Shown here one piece after another: positions 56,052 to 64,000 of a DNA stretch of 64,000 nucleotides. The notes beneath the pieces are model-generated. The model was not told the DNA's origin and searched no databases. It worked only from the letters and a program-made list of their open reading frames with translations. Each line of letters begins with the position of its first letter. Position 1 is the stretch's first letter. The DNA comes from Candidatus Aenigmatarchaeota archaeon (GTDB taxonomy: Archaea > Aenigmatarchaeota > Aenigmatarchaeia > CG10238-14 > SCSR01): the NCBI GenBank assembly GCA_039000165.1, contig JAWBTW010000005.1, positions 981-64,980 on the forward strand. The letters are read 5' to 3'. Both the position numbers and the translations under genes were made by a program.

Positions 56052-56783
56052 TCACTTATAAACTACATTTAGTATTTTTACGGTTAAAAAATCAGCTCCT
56101 GAGTACAAAGTATAAAGAATTTGGTAACTTGCATAAGTTGTATTCAAGTATACTATAGCTTCAGCTTTCCCAGAGTTTTTCCCAGGGTCTAAAGCTTGAG
56201 AATAGCCATAACCATAAGAGCTTTCTTCTCTATCGTCTATAAAAATAGAAGTATCTGAAGGAATTAAGCTCGCATCACTCGGCTTAAAATAAATGAGTTT
56301 AATGAGTTTGCTTGTGTTTATTAACTCTGGAGCTTCTTTGCTACCTTTTTTTTCAATCGCTACTCTTAAGAATTCGTTTTCTAAAATGATTTCTTGGTTT
56401 CCGTCGTTATCCAGGTCATATTCCCTAACTATAGCGTTTTTCCCTGGAATAAAAATTATATTTTCATTTTTTAGAAAAACTGGCTCAAGTCGATAGTTCT
56501 TAGGCGAATAATAAAAATCGATGCAGTTAGTTTTTTCGTTTATTTTATATTCTCCGTCAGTAACCTTAATGGAAAGAGTCCTAAGACTACCCAAACCTTC
56601 TGTTGCAACTTCTTCTATACTTTGTGACATTAGCCTTAAGTTTTCCCAAGCTTCGTTAATCACTAAAGATTCTCTTGCTTTCTCTATGGTAGGCATCCCT
56701 ATCAAAAGAACTAAAGTTATTCCAGAAACTACTATCATAATAACCATTACATAAGCTACCAATGGGCTTATACCTTTTAACAT
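56052..56783 (-). CDS. Archaeal type IV pilin-like protein (class III signal peptide)
   Basis: 243 aa. N-terminus MLKG|ISPLVAYVMVIMIVVSGITLVL, the KG-ISPLVA class III signal peptide / archaellin-like N-terminal domain. Confidence 0.6.
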   Translation of the reverse strand: MLKGISPLVAYVMVIMIVVSGITLVLLIGMPTIEKARESLVINEAWENLRLMSQSIEEVATEGLGSLRTLSIKVTDGEYKINEKTNCIDFYYSPKNYRLEPVFLKNENIIFIPGKNAIVREYDLDNDGNQEIILENEFLRVAIEKKGSKEAPELINTSKLIKLIYFKPSDASLIPSDTSIFIDDREESSYGYGYSQALDPGKNSGKAEAIVYLNTTYASYQILYTLYSGADFLTVKILNVVYK

Positions 56784-57403
56784 CTTCTTACCTCCACTAT
56801 CGGCTTGTTTTCTGGAGTTATGTCAGAATATTCCACGCAGATTTTACTTGTCCCTGGACCTAAAATTTCATCCCCCCTTATAACAACTTTATCATTTCTT
56901 AAAACCATTGTAATGAAGTTTAACTGCGTCGGATAAACAGAGAATGGTTGGGAAGGTAAGCCGTACCTTTCTACAGAATAAATCTTTTTCTCGATTTGAT
57001 TGCAGGTTCCATTAGTAAAAGCTATAATGAAGGTTGTCCCTTCAACTTTTTGTTTGATTTCAATTTTGTAACTTTCTGAGCCATCTATTAAAAAAGAAAC
57101 ATAACCTAAGTCTTGTTTTTTTCCCGAATAGATTACACTTGCCAGAATTCCTTTTTCAAATTCTTCCTCATCATAAGTGCAAACATAAAAGTGAGTCAAA
57201 TTGGTAGGATAACCTATCAAGTAATAGCTTTCGCTGGCGTTGCCAGTTGCTTCTCCAATTCTATAAAAGTCGTTGCTTTTATTTTCCCCCAAGTGATACG
57301 CGAACCTAAACTTTACATAGCTTATTTTACTTTGAGCTTTGAGAGAGGTTAAGAGAAAACAAAATACTAGGATCAAGGAGGCAAGGAAAATTACTTTTTT
57401 CAT
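56777..57403 (-). CDS. Hypothetical secreted protein (classical signal peptide)
   Basis: 208 aa; MKKVIFLASLILVFCFLLTSLKAQS. Confidence 0.4.
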   Translation of the reverse strand: MKKVIFLASLILVFCFLLTSLKAQSKISYVKFRFAYHLGENKSNDFYRIGEATGNASESYYLIGYPTNLTHFYVCTYDEEEFEKGILASVIYSGKKQDLGYVSFLIDGSESYKIEIKQKVEGTTFIIAFTNGTCNQIEKKIYSVERYGLPSQPFSVYPTQLNFITMVLRNDKVVIRGDEILGPGTSKICVEYSDITPENKPIVEVRRC

Positions 57404-57427
57404 AATTAATCTTTTGATTTTTAATAA

Positions 57428-58021
57428 TTAAACCAGTTTATAGGTTTTTAGAATCTTGTCTCTAAGCTTAAGTTTTTGGTTTTCAAGTCTTAAATCAATA
57501 AATAATAAAAGTTTGTTTTCTTCAGTTTCAACTTTCAGCAGGATTTCTTCGCTTTCTTTAGAGTAAGGTGTTTCATAGAAAATTTTTAGTGTATAGTTTG
57601 CGTTTTGCTCAGGAATTGTGAAGTTAGCACTTAATTCTTTTCCGTCTTCTATATTTTTAAATTCAACGAGCGAATCATTAACACTTAAGTTAAGGAAAAG
57701 AATTTCACTTCCTAAAAGATTTTTTATACTCAAGTTAAGCTTGCTATTCTCTAGTTTTGCTGTTAAAAGGAATGATTTGAATTCCAAACTTCTTCTCTTG
57801 AAAGAGTTTCTTGAAAATGTGGCAAAAGCTTCTAGGTTTTTGGTTAGATTTTCTTTTTCATGAATCGAAAATTCAATACTTCTTATCATTTCTTCCTTAA
57901 CATTTTCAAATTCAAGAAAAAGGCTCTCATCTTTAAATTGAAAGAAGCTTATGCTTGCTTTTATCAACGCAAGGATTATTATAAAAATTATTGCAACTAT
58001 CAAGAAAGTTTGGCCTTTCAC
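57428..58021 (-). CDS. Hypothetical protein with class III (prepilin-like) signal peptide: candidate minor pilin
   Basis: 197 aa; MKG|QTFLIVAIIFIIILALI. Confidence 0.4.
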   Translation of the reverse strand: MKGQTFLIVAIIFIIILALIKASISFFQFKDESLFLEFENVKEEMIRSIEFSIHEKENLTKNLEAFATFSRNSFKRRSLEFKSFLLTAKLENSKLNLSIKNLLGSEILFLNLSVNDSLVEFKNIEDGKELSANFTIPEQNANYTLKIFYETPYSKESEEILLKVETEENKLLLFIDLRLENQKLKLRDKILKTYKLV

Positions 58022-58380
58022 TTTCTTACCACCAAAACAATTTCTAAAGGTTGAAATCTCCCAATATCTCCTGCTAAAAGATAATTTATCCTTGATTTCT
58101 CTTCTTCAAAACTAGCTATTTTGCAAGTCTCAGAACATATAAAAACTTCATAATTCAGTTGATAAGGAAGCAACTTTACAAGCTTGTTTTTTATGCTTTC
58201 GGTATCATTTTCTAAGGCATACTTTCTTAGCTCGTTGCTTTCGTCTAAAGCTTTTAGTGCTTTTAGGCAAATTTCCTTAATGTTAATTTCTGTTTTTTGT
58301 TCTTGCGGAACAAATGCTAAAATTAAAAAAATGACTATTAAAAAAGTTGCGATTGCTGCTTCTGCAATGTATAAAGCCAT
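58018..58380 (-). CDS. Hypothetical N-terminally anchored small protein
   Basis: 120 aa; MALYIAEAAIATFLIVIFLILAF. 4-nt overlap with the downstream gene. Confidence 0.35.
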   Translation of the reverse strand: MALYIAEAAIATFLIVIFLILAFVPQEQKTEINIKEICLKALKALDESNELRKYALENDTESIKNKLVKLLPYQLNYEVFICSETCKIASFEEEKSRINYLLAGDIGRFQPLEIVLVVRK

Positions 58381-59015
58381 TATTTTTCACTTACCTCTAA
58401 GTAAAAATTATAATTAAGATTTTTAATCAAATCCTCGTAGCTAATGTTTCTAAGCTGTTTTAACTTACCTAAAGATAGCATTTCCAATTCCTGTAAAGGG
58501 AAGATTTCTATTTTAAACCCTGAATTTTCCTCGAAAGCGACATTATGGCTTACTTCCTTCACATCTTTTTCTCCTGAAAAATAGACAAAGAAATTTTTTG
58601 GCTGGAAAGCTGAGAAGTTGGACTTTAAACATAAATCAGCCCTTTTTAAGTAGCCTTCTTCGCAGAAAGTTTTATTATATAAGCTAAACTCAACTTCTTG
58701 ATTTTCCTCATAAACCCTTACTGTCGAGAACCAGGCTCTTTTTTCACATGTTTCGTCAAAAATTATAGTTAAATTTACAACAGCATTAACCCTTTCATTT
58801 CCGCTGATCTCTACAATTTTAACGGGTAGCTTGTAAAGTTTTGTGGTTAGGTTTAATTTTAAAGGAATAAACAAATTTCTTGCAACTATTTTTAGGTTAG
58901 TATTTTGATTGTATTGGAGATGTCTTACTAAGTAATTTAAAACAAAACTTAAGGCTATACCTATAACTATTATAATAATCCCAACAGCTATTACAAAATC
59001 AGCTTGGATTGGCAT
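58380..59015 (-). CDS. Hypothetical N-terminally anchored protein
   Basis: 211 aa; MPIQADFVIAVGIIIIVIGIALSF. Confidence 0.35.
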   Translation of the reverse strand: MPIQADFVIAVGIIIIVIGIALSFVLNYLVRHLQYNQNTNLKIVARNLFIPLKLNLTTKLYKLPVKIVEISGNERVNAVVNLTIIFDETCEKRAWFSTVRVYEENQEVEFSLYNKTFCEEGYLKRADLCLKSNFSAFQPKNFFVYFSGEKDVKEVSHNVAFEENSGFKIEIFPLQELEMLSLGKLKQLRNISYEDLIKNLNYNFYLEVSEK

Positions 59016-59018
59016 TAA

Positions 59019-59501
59019 CTAATCCCTTCCTCCAAAAACAATTTTATCTTTGATTTCGTTATTTAAGTTGCATCTAGAGTAGCGCATAATCATTTCCTTT
59101 TCACTTTCAAGTTTTCCTTCGATTTCAACCTCAACCTTAGGAAACTTCTTAGCAAAAATTTCTGAATCAACCCTCGACTCTATTTCTAAATTTTCTTCCG
59201 AATTTTTAATTAAAAGCTCATAATTTTTTCCTGAAATTTTAGAGGGAAGGTTCAAACTAACTTCCTGAAGCAGAACGCAAGAATTATTTTTTGGCGATAA
59301 TTCTGATTTTTTAGCGAAATCGTAAGCTGTTACTATGTAATTATACATTCTTAAAGAAACGCTTTCGAGCTCGTTTTTTGCTTGATTTTTTAACCAGTTT
59401 GAGTAAAAAGAGAAGAAAACTAGAGAAGAAAAAACAATAAGTATTACTGATAATAAAGTAGCCAGAGCATAACTTATCAGGATGGCTTGTCCTTTCATCA
59501 A
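59019..59501 (-). CDS. Hypothetical protein with class III (prepilin-like) signal peptide: candidate minor pilin
   Basis: 160 aa; MMKG|QAILISYALATLLSVILIVF. Confidence 0.4.
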   Translation of the reverse strand: MMKGQAILISYALATLLSVILIVFSSLVFFSFYSNWLKNQAKNELESVSLRMYNYIVTAYDFAKKSELSPKNNSCVLLQEVSLNLPSKISGKNYELLIKNSEENLEIESRVDSEIFAKKFPKVEVEIEGKLESEKEMIMRYSRCNLNNEIKDKIVFGGRD

Positions 59502-59558
59502 TTAAAATTGGCATGCGTAAGATAATATTTATTAACTCTCAAAAATAAAAATAAAAGT

Positions 59559-59990
59559 ATGAGAAAAGGAATATCTCCACTTGTGGCCGCAGTTCTTTTG
59601 ATAGCAGCTACTATGGGAATAGCAACAATCCTAACATACTGGGCATCCACTTTTATCAAATCTTCCTTGCCAGAAGTTGCCAATCAAAGCTATAGTCCTT
59701 GCCTATACGCAGATTTTCAGATTTATTCTTGCTCTTACACAAATTCAACTCCAACAAAAGGAAACATAACTTTAATTCTTAAGAATGTTATGGACGTTGA
59801 GCTAAGGAATCTGACAGCTACTGTATTTTATCCAACTGGCACAATAAAAAACTACAATCTTAAACCAGATAATGTTTTACCGAAAAATATTTACAAAGGC
59901 TTTACAATAGAAGATGTTGATTTGCCTTACACTAAGGTTGTCATAACTACTCATTGTCCGTATGTAGAAGAAGAGTCTCCATGCCAGTAA
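59559..59990 (+). CDS. Archaeal type IV pilin (class III signal peptide)
   Basis: 143 aa; MRKG|ISPLVAAVLLIAATMGIATILTYW. Confidence 0.6.
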   Translation: MRKGISPLVAAVLLIAATMGIATILTYWASTFIKSSLPEVANQSYSPCLYADFQIYSCSYTNSTPTKGNITLILKNVMDVELRNLTATVFYPTGTIKNYNLKPDNVLPKNIYKGFTIEDVDLPYTKVVITTHCPYVEEESPCQ

Positions 59991-60463
59991 AAGGCATTTC
60001 CCCCCTAGTGGCTACAGTACTGTTAATAGCTTTTACAGTAGCTTCAGCCGCGATAATTTCTTTTTGGTTGTTACCTTTTTTGTCATCGTTTTCCAAAACA
60101 ACTAGCGAAGAAGCTGAGATTCAGCTTAAGTGTAGCAGAGGAGGGGTTTATCTTTTTGATTTAAATTATAACTTATCTTCTTCCTCTCTTTCCGGAAAAA
60201 TTGAAAATACTGGCTCTGTCTCCCTTGGAAATTTTGCTTTGCAAATAGTTTACCTTAACTATACGACAGAAAAAATAGAGCTATGCTTTTCTGGAGGAAC
60301 AGTAGTAGCTTGTGAAAACTCTAACCTAACGCTCCTCCCTAGGAACATAATATCTTTTAGCGTTCTGCTTCCAAACAACTACGACATAATAACTCTAACT
60401 ACAAACTGTTCAGTTTATGGAGTTTACGATAGAGTTACAAGGGAAGAGATTAACCAAATATAA
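59981..60463 (+). CDS. Archaeal type IV pilin (class III signal peptide)
   Basis: ATG 59981 gives MPVKG|ISPLVATVLLIAFTVASAAI. The ORF-track start at 59954 adds 9 non-pilin residues. Overlaps the upstream pilin gene by 10 nt. Confidence 0.6.
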   Translation: MPVKGISPLVATVLLIAFTVASAAIISFWLLPFLSSFSKTTSEEAEIQLKCSRGGVYLFDLNYNLSSSSLSGKIENTGSVSLGNFALQIVYLNYTTEKIELCFSGGTVVACENSNLTLLPRNIISFSVLLPNNYDIITLTTNCSVYGVYDRVTREEINQI

Positions 60464-61265
60464 GAAAAACTATTACACCAACACTTATCATAAAAAGACT
60501 ATGCTTTATTCCTGCTACTATAGCTCCTTCCGACATTTTTCCGACTATTAATCCGGCAAAAAAACCTTGGATTATTATGAGATTTTGGAAGAGAAACTTG
60601 TACCTTTCTGTAAGGTTTGTTTGATGAGCTTCCTCAAGAGGGGTTTTAGCTTGCGAAAGACTAGGTATCAAGAACCTTTGCATTATTATCATTACCGCCA
60701 AAAAAACAAAGAAAATTACATAACCTGTAATCATTTGAGATTGAAGGTAGAGCCTCCTTTCTGTTCTTAATCTTTCTATTTCTATGGCAGTATTTGCCAA
60801 AGCTTCTAAGGTATCTGTTAAGTTTCCACCAAAGCGGTGAGTTTCTATTACACTTGAAATAATCCTTGCTATAACTCTTGATTTGCTCTCCTTAGCAAAA
60901 TTTTGAAGAATCTTATCAACGTTAATTCCCCAATCAACTTGTGCTGCCATTTTTTTAACGTAAGGAGTTAGGCTTTTGTAATCGTTAGAAGAAAGAGCTT
61001 TCAAAGCTTGTGGCAATGTCATCCCACTTCTTACGCTTTCTACAAAATCCCTTAGAAAAACTGGAAAAATTTCCTCCAATTCTTTCACTTTTTTGTATTC
61101 CTTATACCTTGAAAAAATTAACGGCGAAACAAAAACTCCAAAAGCGACTATTAAAATTATTTGAAAAATGTTTGAGGTTAAAGAAAAGTAAAGGGAAGAG
61201 AAAGTGAGTAAGAATGCAGCTAAAAGGCCGGTTGGAATAAACACTATAATTTCATTCTTCTTCAC
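60450..61265 (-). CDS. TadC/FlaJ-like pilus assembly membrane protein (T2SSF-like domain), second half-gene
   Basis: The ORF-track start at 61508 overlaps the upstream gene by 247 nt in another frame. A GTG at 61263-61265 (inside ATGTGA, after a GGAGG RBS) gives MKKNEIIVFIPTGLLAAFLLTF... with a 4-nt overlap. Polytopic membrane protein. Confidence 0.5.
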   Translation of the reverse strand: MKKNEIIVFIPTGLLAAFLLTFSSLYFSLTSNIFQIILIVAFGVFVSPLIFSRYKEYKKVKELEEIFPVFLRDFVESVRSGMTLPQALKALSSNDYKSLTPYVKKMAAQVDWGINVDKILQNFAKESKSRVIARIISSVIETHRFGGNLTDTLEALANTAIEIERLRTERRLYLQSQMITGYVIFFVFLAVMIIMQRFLIPSLSQAKTPLEEAHQTNLTERYKFLFQNLIIIQGFFAGLIVGKMSEGAIVAGIKHSLFMISVGVIVFLIFG

Positions 61266-62140
61266 ATTTCTACCTCCACACTTCTCAGGAACATTAGAAA
61301 AGCTATGTTCAATACTGGAAGAATTACATAAATAGTTAGCTCCATCAGGTTGAGAATTTCTATCCCTCCTATTGTTGTTGCTCCTGGTATTGTATTCATT
61401 ACAGCAAAAAGAGAAATTATGAAAAGAGGAGCAGCTATTAGTAAGCCAGTATAAATTTCCGCATAAGTTGTTAGTTGTTGTAAAAATCTTTCTCTTCTTA
61501 TTCTCCATTCAAACAAAGCCCTTATTCCAGAAGTTTTCAAGTATTCTTTCATACTTCCTCCTGCTTCTGTTGTTGTCACAAAGCCTAACAAGAGTTGCCT
61601 TAGGCTTTCCGAAGGAGTCCTTTTGGCAACTTCTCTCGCTGCAGTAACAGGGTCTGCACCAAAAACTTCTATATTCCTAACAATTTTTTTCATTTCTTCA
61701 GCCACTTCTCCGTATTCTTTGAAATTGCTTATAATCTTGAAAACAACATACGGAGGAACTCCGGATTCGGCTATCGCGCTCATATGAGTTAAAACAAAAG
61801 GTAAGTTAGTTTCTATGTTTCTTTTTTTCGATTGCATTATCTGATAAGGGGAAAAGAATAGTGTAAAAAGGCAGATAAACGAAAAGACTATCGGCATAAG
61901 AATGACATAAATCGGAAACAGGATTTCTGGTAGTTTTGAAAAAATGAACACAAAATAAGAAGAAAAGAGACTTATAAAAAAAACTATTATTGTGGTTAGA
62001 ATGCTCATACTAACATAACTTCTTAAAGGAATTTTAATCCCTGATTTAACTAAACTTTCCCTCAAAAAAGAAAAAAGTTTAGGATTTTTGTCTACAATTT
62101 TCCCGAACAATAAAGTTGCGAAGCCGATATATCCCATCAA
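61262..62140 (-). CDS. TadB/FlaJ-like pilus assembly membrane protein (T2SSF-like domain), first half-gene
   Basis: 292 aa polytopic membrane protein immediately downstream of the secretion ATPase. Hydrophobic helices flank a cytoplasmic segment, as in T2SSF domains. Confidence 0.5.
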   Translation of the reverse strand: MMGYIGFATLLFGKIVDKNPKLFSFLRESLVKSGIKIPLRSYVSMSILTTIIVFFISLFSSYFVFIFSKLPEILFPIYVILMPIVFSFICLFTLFFSPYQIMQSKKRNIETNLPFVLTHMSAIAESGVPPYVVFKIISNFKEYGEVAEEMKKIVRNIEVFGADPVTAAREVAKRTPSESLRQLLLGFVTTTEAGGSMKEYLKTSGIRALFEWRIRRERFLQQLTTYAEIYTGLLIAAPLFIISLFAVMNTIPGATTIGGIEILNLMELTIYVILPVLNIAFLMFLRSVEVEM

Positions 62141-62146
62141 CTTTCC

Positions 62147-63757
62147 CTATTTTTTCTTTTTCAACATTTTTGCCTGCTTATAGTAAAACTTAATGTATTT
62201 TGTAACTTCGATATAATCTTTAATTCCTTTTTCTCTTAAGCTTTCAAGAAATTTTTCCCTTCTTTTTATTTCTTTCAAGGCTTCTTCAACCTTACCTCCT
62301 AGTTCTTCAGCTATTTCCTTTATCTTCACACTTTCGTAAAATTTTTCATAAGTATCTTTTGTAGGGTTCCACCTAAAAACAGGGTTTGCTTTTACTTCTC
62401 CTGTTTTCGGGTCAACTGACTGAATTTCAACAACTTCTTTAACCCTTCTAGCAGATTCTCCTTTTTCTTTTGCGTGCGTCATTATAACTATAACATCTAA
62501 ACTTTCTAAAAGCGTAGGCGGGAGCTCTATCGGTGGAGAAGTTAACCTTTTAATAACAGTGTCAACACTTCCTGCATGAAAAGTGCTCATGCAAGGATGG
62601 CCTGAGCTCATTCCCTGAAACATAACATAAGCTTCTTTTCCTCTTGTTTCTCCAACTATAACATAATCAGGATTTTGTCTAAAGCTTTCTTTTAGCAAGT
62701 CAAAAAGAGTGACTTCACCGTATTTTTCTCCACTAGGCAAAGGAATTCCAAAACCTACTCTTGCCAAAGTGGGAATCCAATGTTCGTGAGGAATTCTTAT
62801 TTCTCTTGTATCTTCTATCGAAACGATTTTTGCTTCTGAAGGAATAAACATGCATAAGCTATTGAGAAAGGAAGTTTTACCAGTTGCTACTCCACCAACT
62901 ATCAAAATGGAAGCTTTATGTTCTATCAAATACCAAAAATATGCTAGCATTTCAGCGCTTGCTGTATTAAGTTCAATTTGCTCTATTGGCGAAATAGGTT
63001 TTGTGGTAAATTTTCTTATAGTAAAAGTTGGTCCTCTTGTTGCTACATCTCCTGCAAGCGTGGCAGAAACTCTTGAACCGTCTGGTAAAGTACCTGAAAG
63101 AATAGGTTCGGCATAACTTATGTATCTTCCGCATTTTTCAGCTAATTTTACGACAAAACCTCTCAACTTTTCTTCTTCCGTATAAACTATGTTAGTTTTC
63201 ATAGACCCAAACTTTCTATGAATTATATAGATTGGGATATTAACGCCATCGCAACTTATATCTTCTATGTTTGGATCTTGAAGTAGGGGTTCTATCTCGT
63301 TCAAGCCTATAAAGTTTCTATAAATATGGTACATGAGTTTGATGTAACTTATTCTTGAAAGCTTAAGCCCAAACTCTTTTATTATTTTTAAAACATTTTT
63401 TTGCAAGTATTCCATAGCTTTTGAAATATCTTTGATGGCAGTAAGCTCAACTTCAATAAGTTCTACCAAGGCTTCAGAAATTTTTTCCAGAATTTCTTTT
63501 TCATTTTCTGTAAGTTCTGGTTCTATTACATTATAAATTAGTTCTTGATTCTGTTTATCCCATTTTATGTGAGCAAAAGCAAAAGGTTCTATTAAAGGAT
63601 AAATAACATTAACTCTTGTTAGGTCATGATAAGTAGGGATTTCCACTATTCTTTCCTGTTTTTTCAAAGCAAAGGCTGGAAAGAATTTTCTTTCTTTTTT
63701 TATTAGTTTTCTATAAAGGATTCCTTTTAAACTCTTCACTTTTTCCAACATAATCAT
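62147..63757 (-). CDS. Type II/IV secretion system ATPase (archaeal FlaI/TadA/PilB-like)
   Basis: 536 aa. Walker A GGVATGKTSFLNSL, Asp box/Walker B DVIVIMTH region, His box FHAGS. Confidence 0.85.
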   Translation of the reverse strand: MIMLEKVKSLKGILYRKLIKKERKFFPAFALKKQERIVEIPTYHDLTRVNVIYPLIEPFAFAHIKWDKQNQELIYNVIEPELTENEKEILEKISEALVELIEVELTAIKDISKAMEYLQKNVLKIIKEFGLKLSRISYIKLMYHIYRNFIGLNEIEPLLQDPNIEDISCDGVNIPIYIIHRKFGSMKTNIVYTEEEKLRGFVVKLAEKCGRYISYAEPILSGTLPDGSRVSATLAGDVATRGPTFTIRKFTTKPISPIEQIELNTASAEMLAYFWYLIEHKASILIVGGVATGKTSFLNSLCMFIPSEAKIVSIEDTREIRIPHEHWIPTLARVGFGIPLPSGEKYGEVTLFDLLKESFRQNPDYVIVGETRGKEAYVMFQGMSSGHPCMSTFHAGSVDTVIKRLTSPPIELPPTLLESLDVIVIMTHAKEKGESARRVKEVVEIQSVDPKTGEVKANPVFRWNPTKDTYEKFYESVKIKEIAEELGGKVEEALKEIKRREKFLESLREKGIKDYIEVTKYIKFYYKQAKMLKKKK

Positions 63758-64000
63758 CTCATGTGCTTCTTTCTTACGCTCTTACCAGGTTTGGATATCC
63801 CCCAGAACCTTGCACAAGCAGGGCAAATCCTCATTTTTGTGCTCATAAGGTGAATGAACCTTTTGTCAGTTTGCTGAAGGATTAGAGGATCGGTAATTCT
63901 TAACCCTTTAGTTACAACAAAAGTTTTGTATCTAGGAACTTCTCTTTTGCAAACCCCGCAAGTTACAGTGGTTTCACTTCCTCTTGCCTTGGTGTGAGCA
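63754..64000 (-). CDS. rps26e: Ribosomal protein S26e (3' portion; N-terminus beyond the window end)
   Basis: Minus-strand frame: ...HTKARGSETTVTCGVCKREVPRYKTFVVTKGLRITDPLILQQTDKRFIHLMSTKMRICPACARFWGISKPGKSVRKKHMR*. Matches the S26e pattern C.NC...VPKDKAIKKF...YC.SCAIH. The stop overlaps the ATPase start (ATGA). Confidence 0.6.
   Translation of the reverse strand, partial: AHTKARGSETTVTCGVCKREVPRYKTFVVTKGLRITDPLILQQTDKRFIHLMSTKMRICPACARFWGISKPGKSVRKKHMR

Noticed and set aside
60450-61508. Long 352-aa version of the TadC-like ORF starting at 61508
   Set aside because: The first ~80 residues (MENKKRKIFTTTNNLCGNLYWL..., non-membrane, Cys/Asn-rich) overlap the upstream membrane gene in another frame. 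A GTG at 61263-61265 inside ATGTGA gives a clean 4-nt-overlap start, so I called two separate genes rather than a frameshifted pseudogene.
14491-63116. Further short antisense ORFs listed in the track (14491-14712, 15646-15831, 16078-16278, 16399-16755, 18275-18640, 18751-19092, 19548-19781, 20154-20351, 21759-21944, 22015-22224, 22621-22815, 23368-23631, 23725-23931, 24966-25295, 25516-25698, 25775-26221, 26222-26749, 26716-26952, 27184-27396, 28670-28924, 28748-28933, 30717-30908, 31299-31523, 32244-32558, 33370-33603, 33708-33905, 34751-35020, 34915-35112, 36173-36358, 41184-41477, 43957-44142, 45680-45970, 45753-46010, 46133-46348, 47682-47948, 50862-51095, 51032-51259, 51316-51579, 52339-52527, 53885-54070, 54681-54980, 54950-55165, 56293-56496, 56521-56754, 57113-57352, 57618-57863, 57860-58054, 58184-58417, 59498-59683, 60567-60770, 61010-61207, 62850-63116)
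   Set aside because: They overlap well-supported genes on the opposite strand or in another frame and show no motifs; treated as non-coding.
1-64000. CRISPR arrays, IS elements/transposases, integrases, rRNA genes
   Set aside because: No direct-repeat/spacer periodicity, no DDE/tyrosine-recombinase-like ORFs and no rRNA-like conserved stretches were seen on either strand.

Overview
This is an AT-rich, tightly packed archaeal window. Many genes overlap by 4 nt (ATGA / GTGA) and use GTG/TTG starts. The markers are archaeal: exosome subunits, RNase P proteins, e-type ribosomal proteins, class III signal-peptide pilins and the archaeal forms of GAPDH, TIM and FBP aldolase/phosphatase. The style fits a small-genome, possibly DPANN-like archaeon, but taxonomy cannot be set from sequence alone.

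Layout:
(i) 1-7.9 kb: a membrane H+-PPase 3' end and a soluble PPase, convergent; then a formate/nitrite transporter and the gluconeogenic core (gap-pgk, acylphosphatase, tpiA, fbp).
(ii) 9-23 kb: a glycogen/alpha-glucan block with two GH57-like genes, a debranching enzyme, a cupin PGI, GT4/GT5 glycogen synthases and a GH15-like/PfkB kinase/PGM operon, plus a free-standing LAGLIDADG-like gene.
(iii) 23.3-36.7 kb: a conserved archaeal information-processing run: RHH+MinD, S24e, S27ae, aIF6, L31e, L39e, Rrp42/41/4, SBDS, psmA, Pop5, Rpp30, L15e, FEN-1, GlyRS, SepF-like, prefoldin beta, RpoP, L37ae, PDCD5-like, S19e, Rpp21.
(iv) 38.26-38.52 kb: two tRNA-Pro genes, one carrying an ~18-nt insertion at a non-canonical position.
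(v) 38.5-50.7 kb: an accessory island with a DUF87/HerA-like ATPase and four tandem large secreted paralogs. These combine LamG lectin-like domains with M14 carboxypeptidase, C69-like Ntn-hydrolase or beta-helix domains, and all share one C-terminal module.
(vi) 50.7-54.3 kb: a minimal Ku + ATP-dependent ligase (NHEJ-like) pair, flanked by a membrane-anchored DUF151 nuclease and a PflX-like radical SAM gene.
(vii) 56-63.8 kb: an archaeal type IV pilus locus with five class III signal-peptide proteins, a split TadC/FlaJ membrane component and a FlaI/TadA ATPase that is 4-nt overlapped by ribosomal S26e.

I saw no CRISPR array, rRNA, integrase or transposase.
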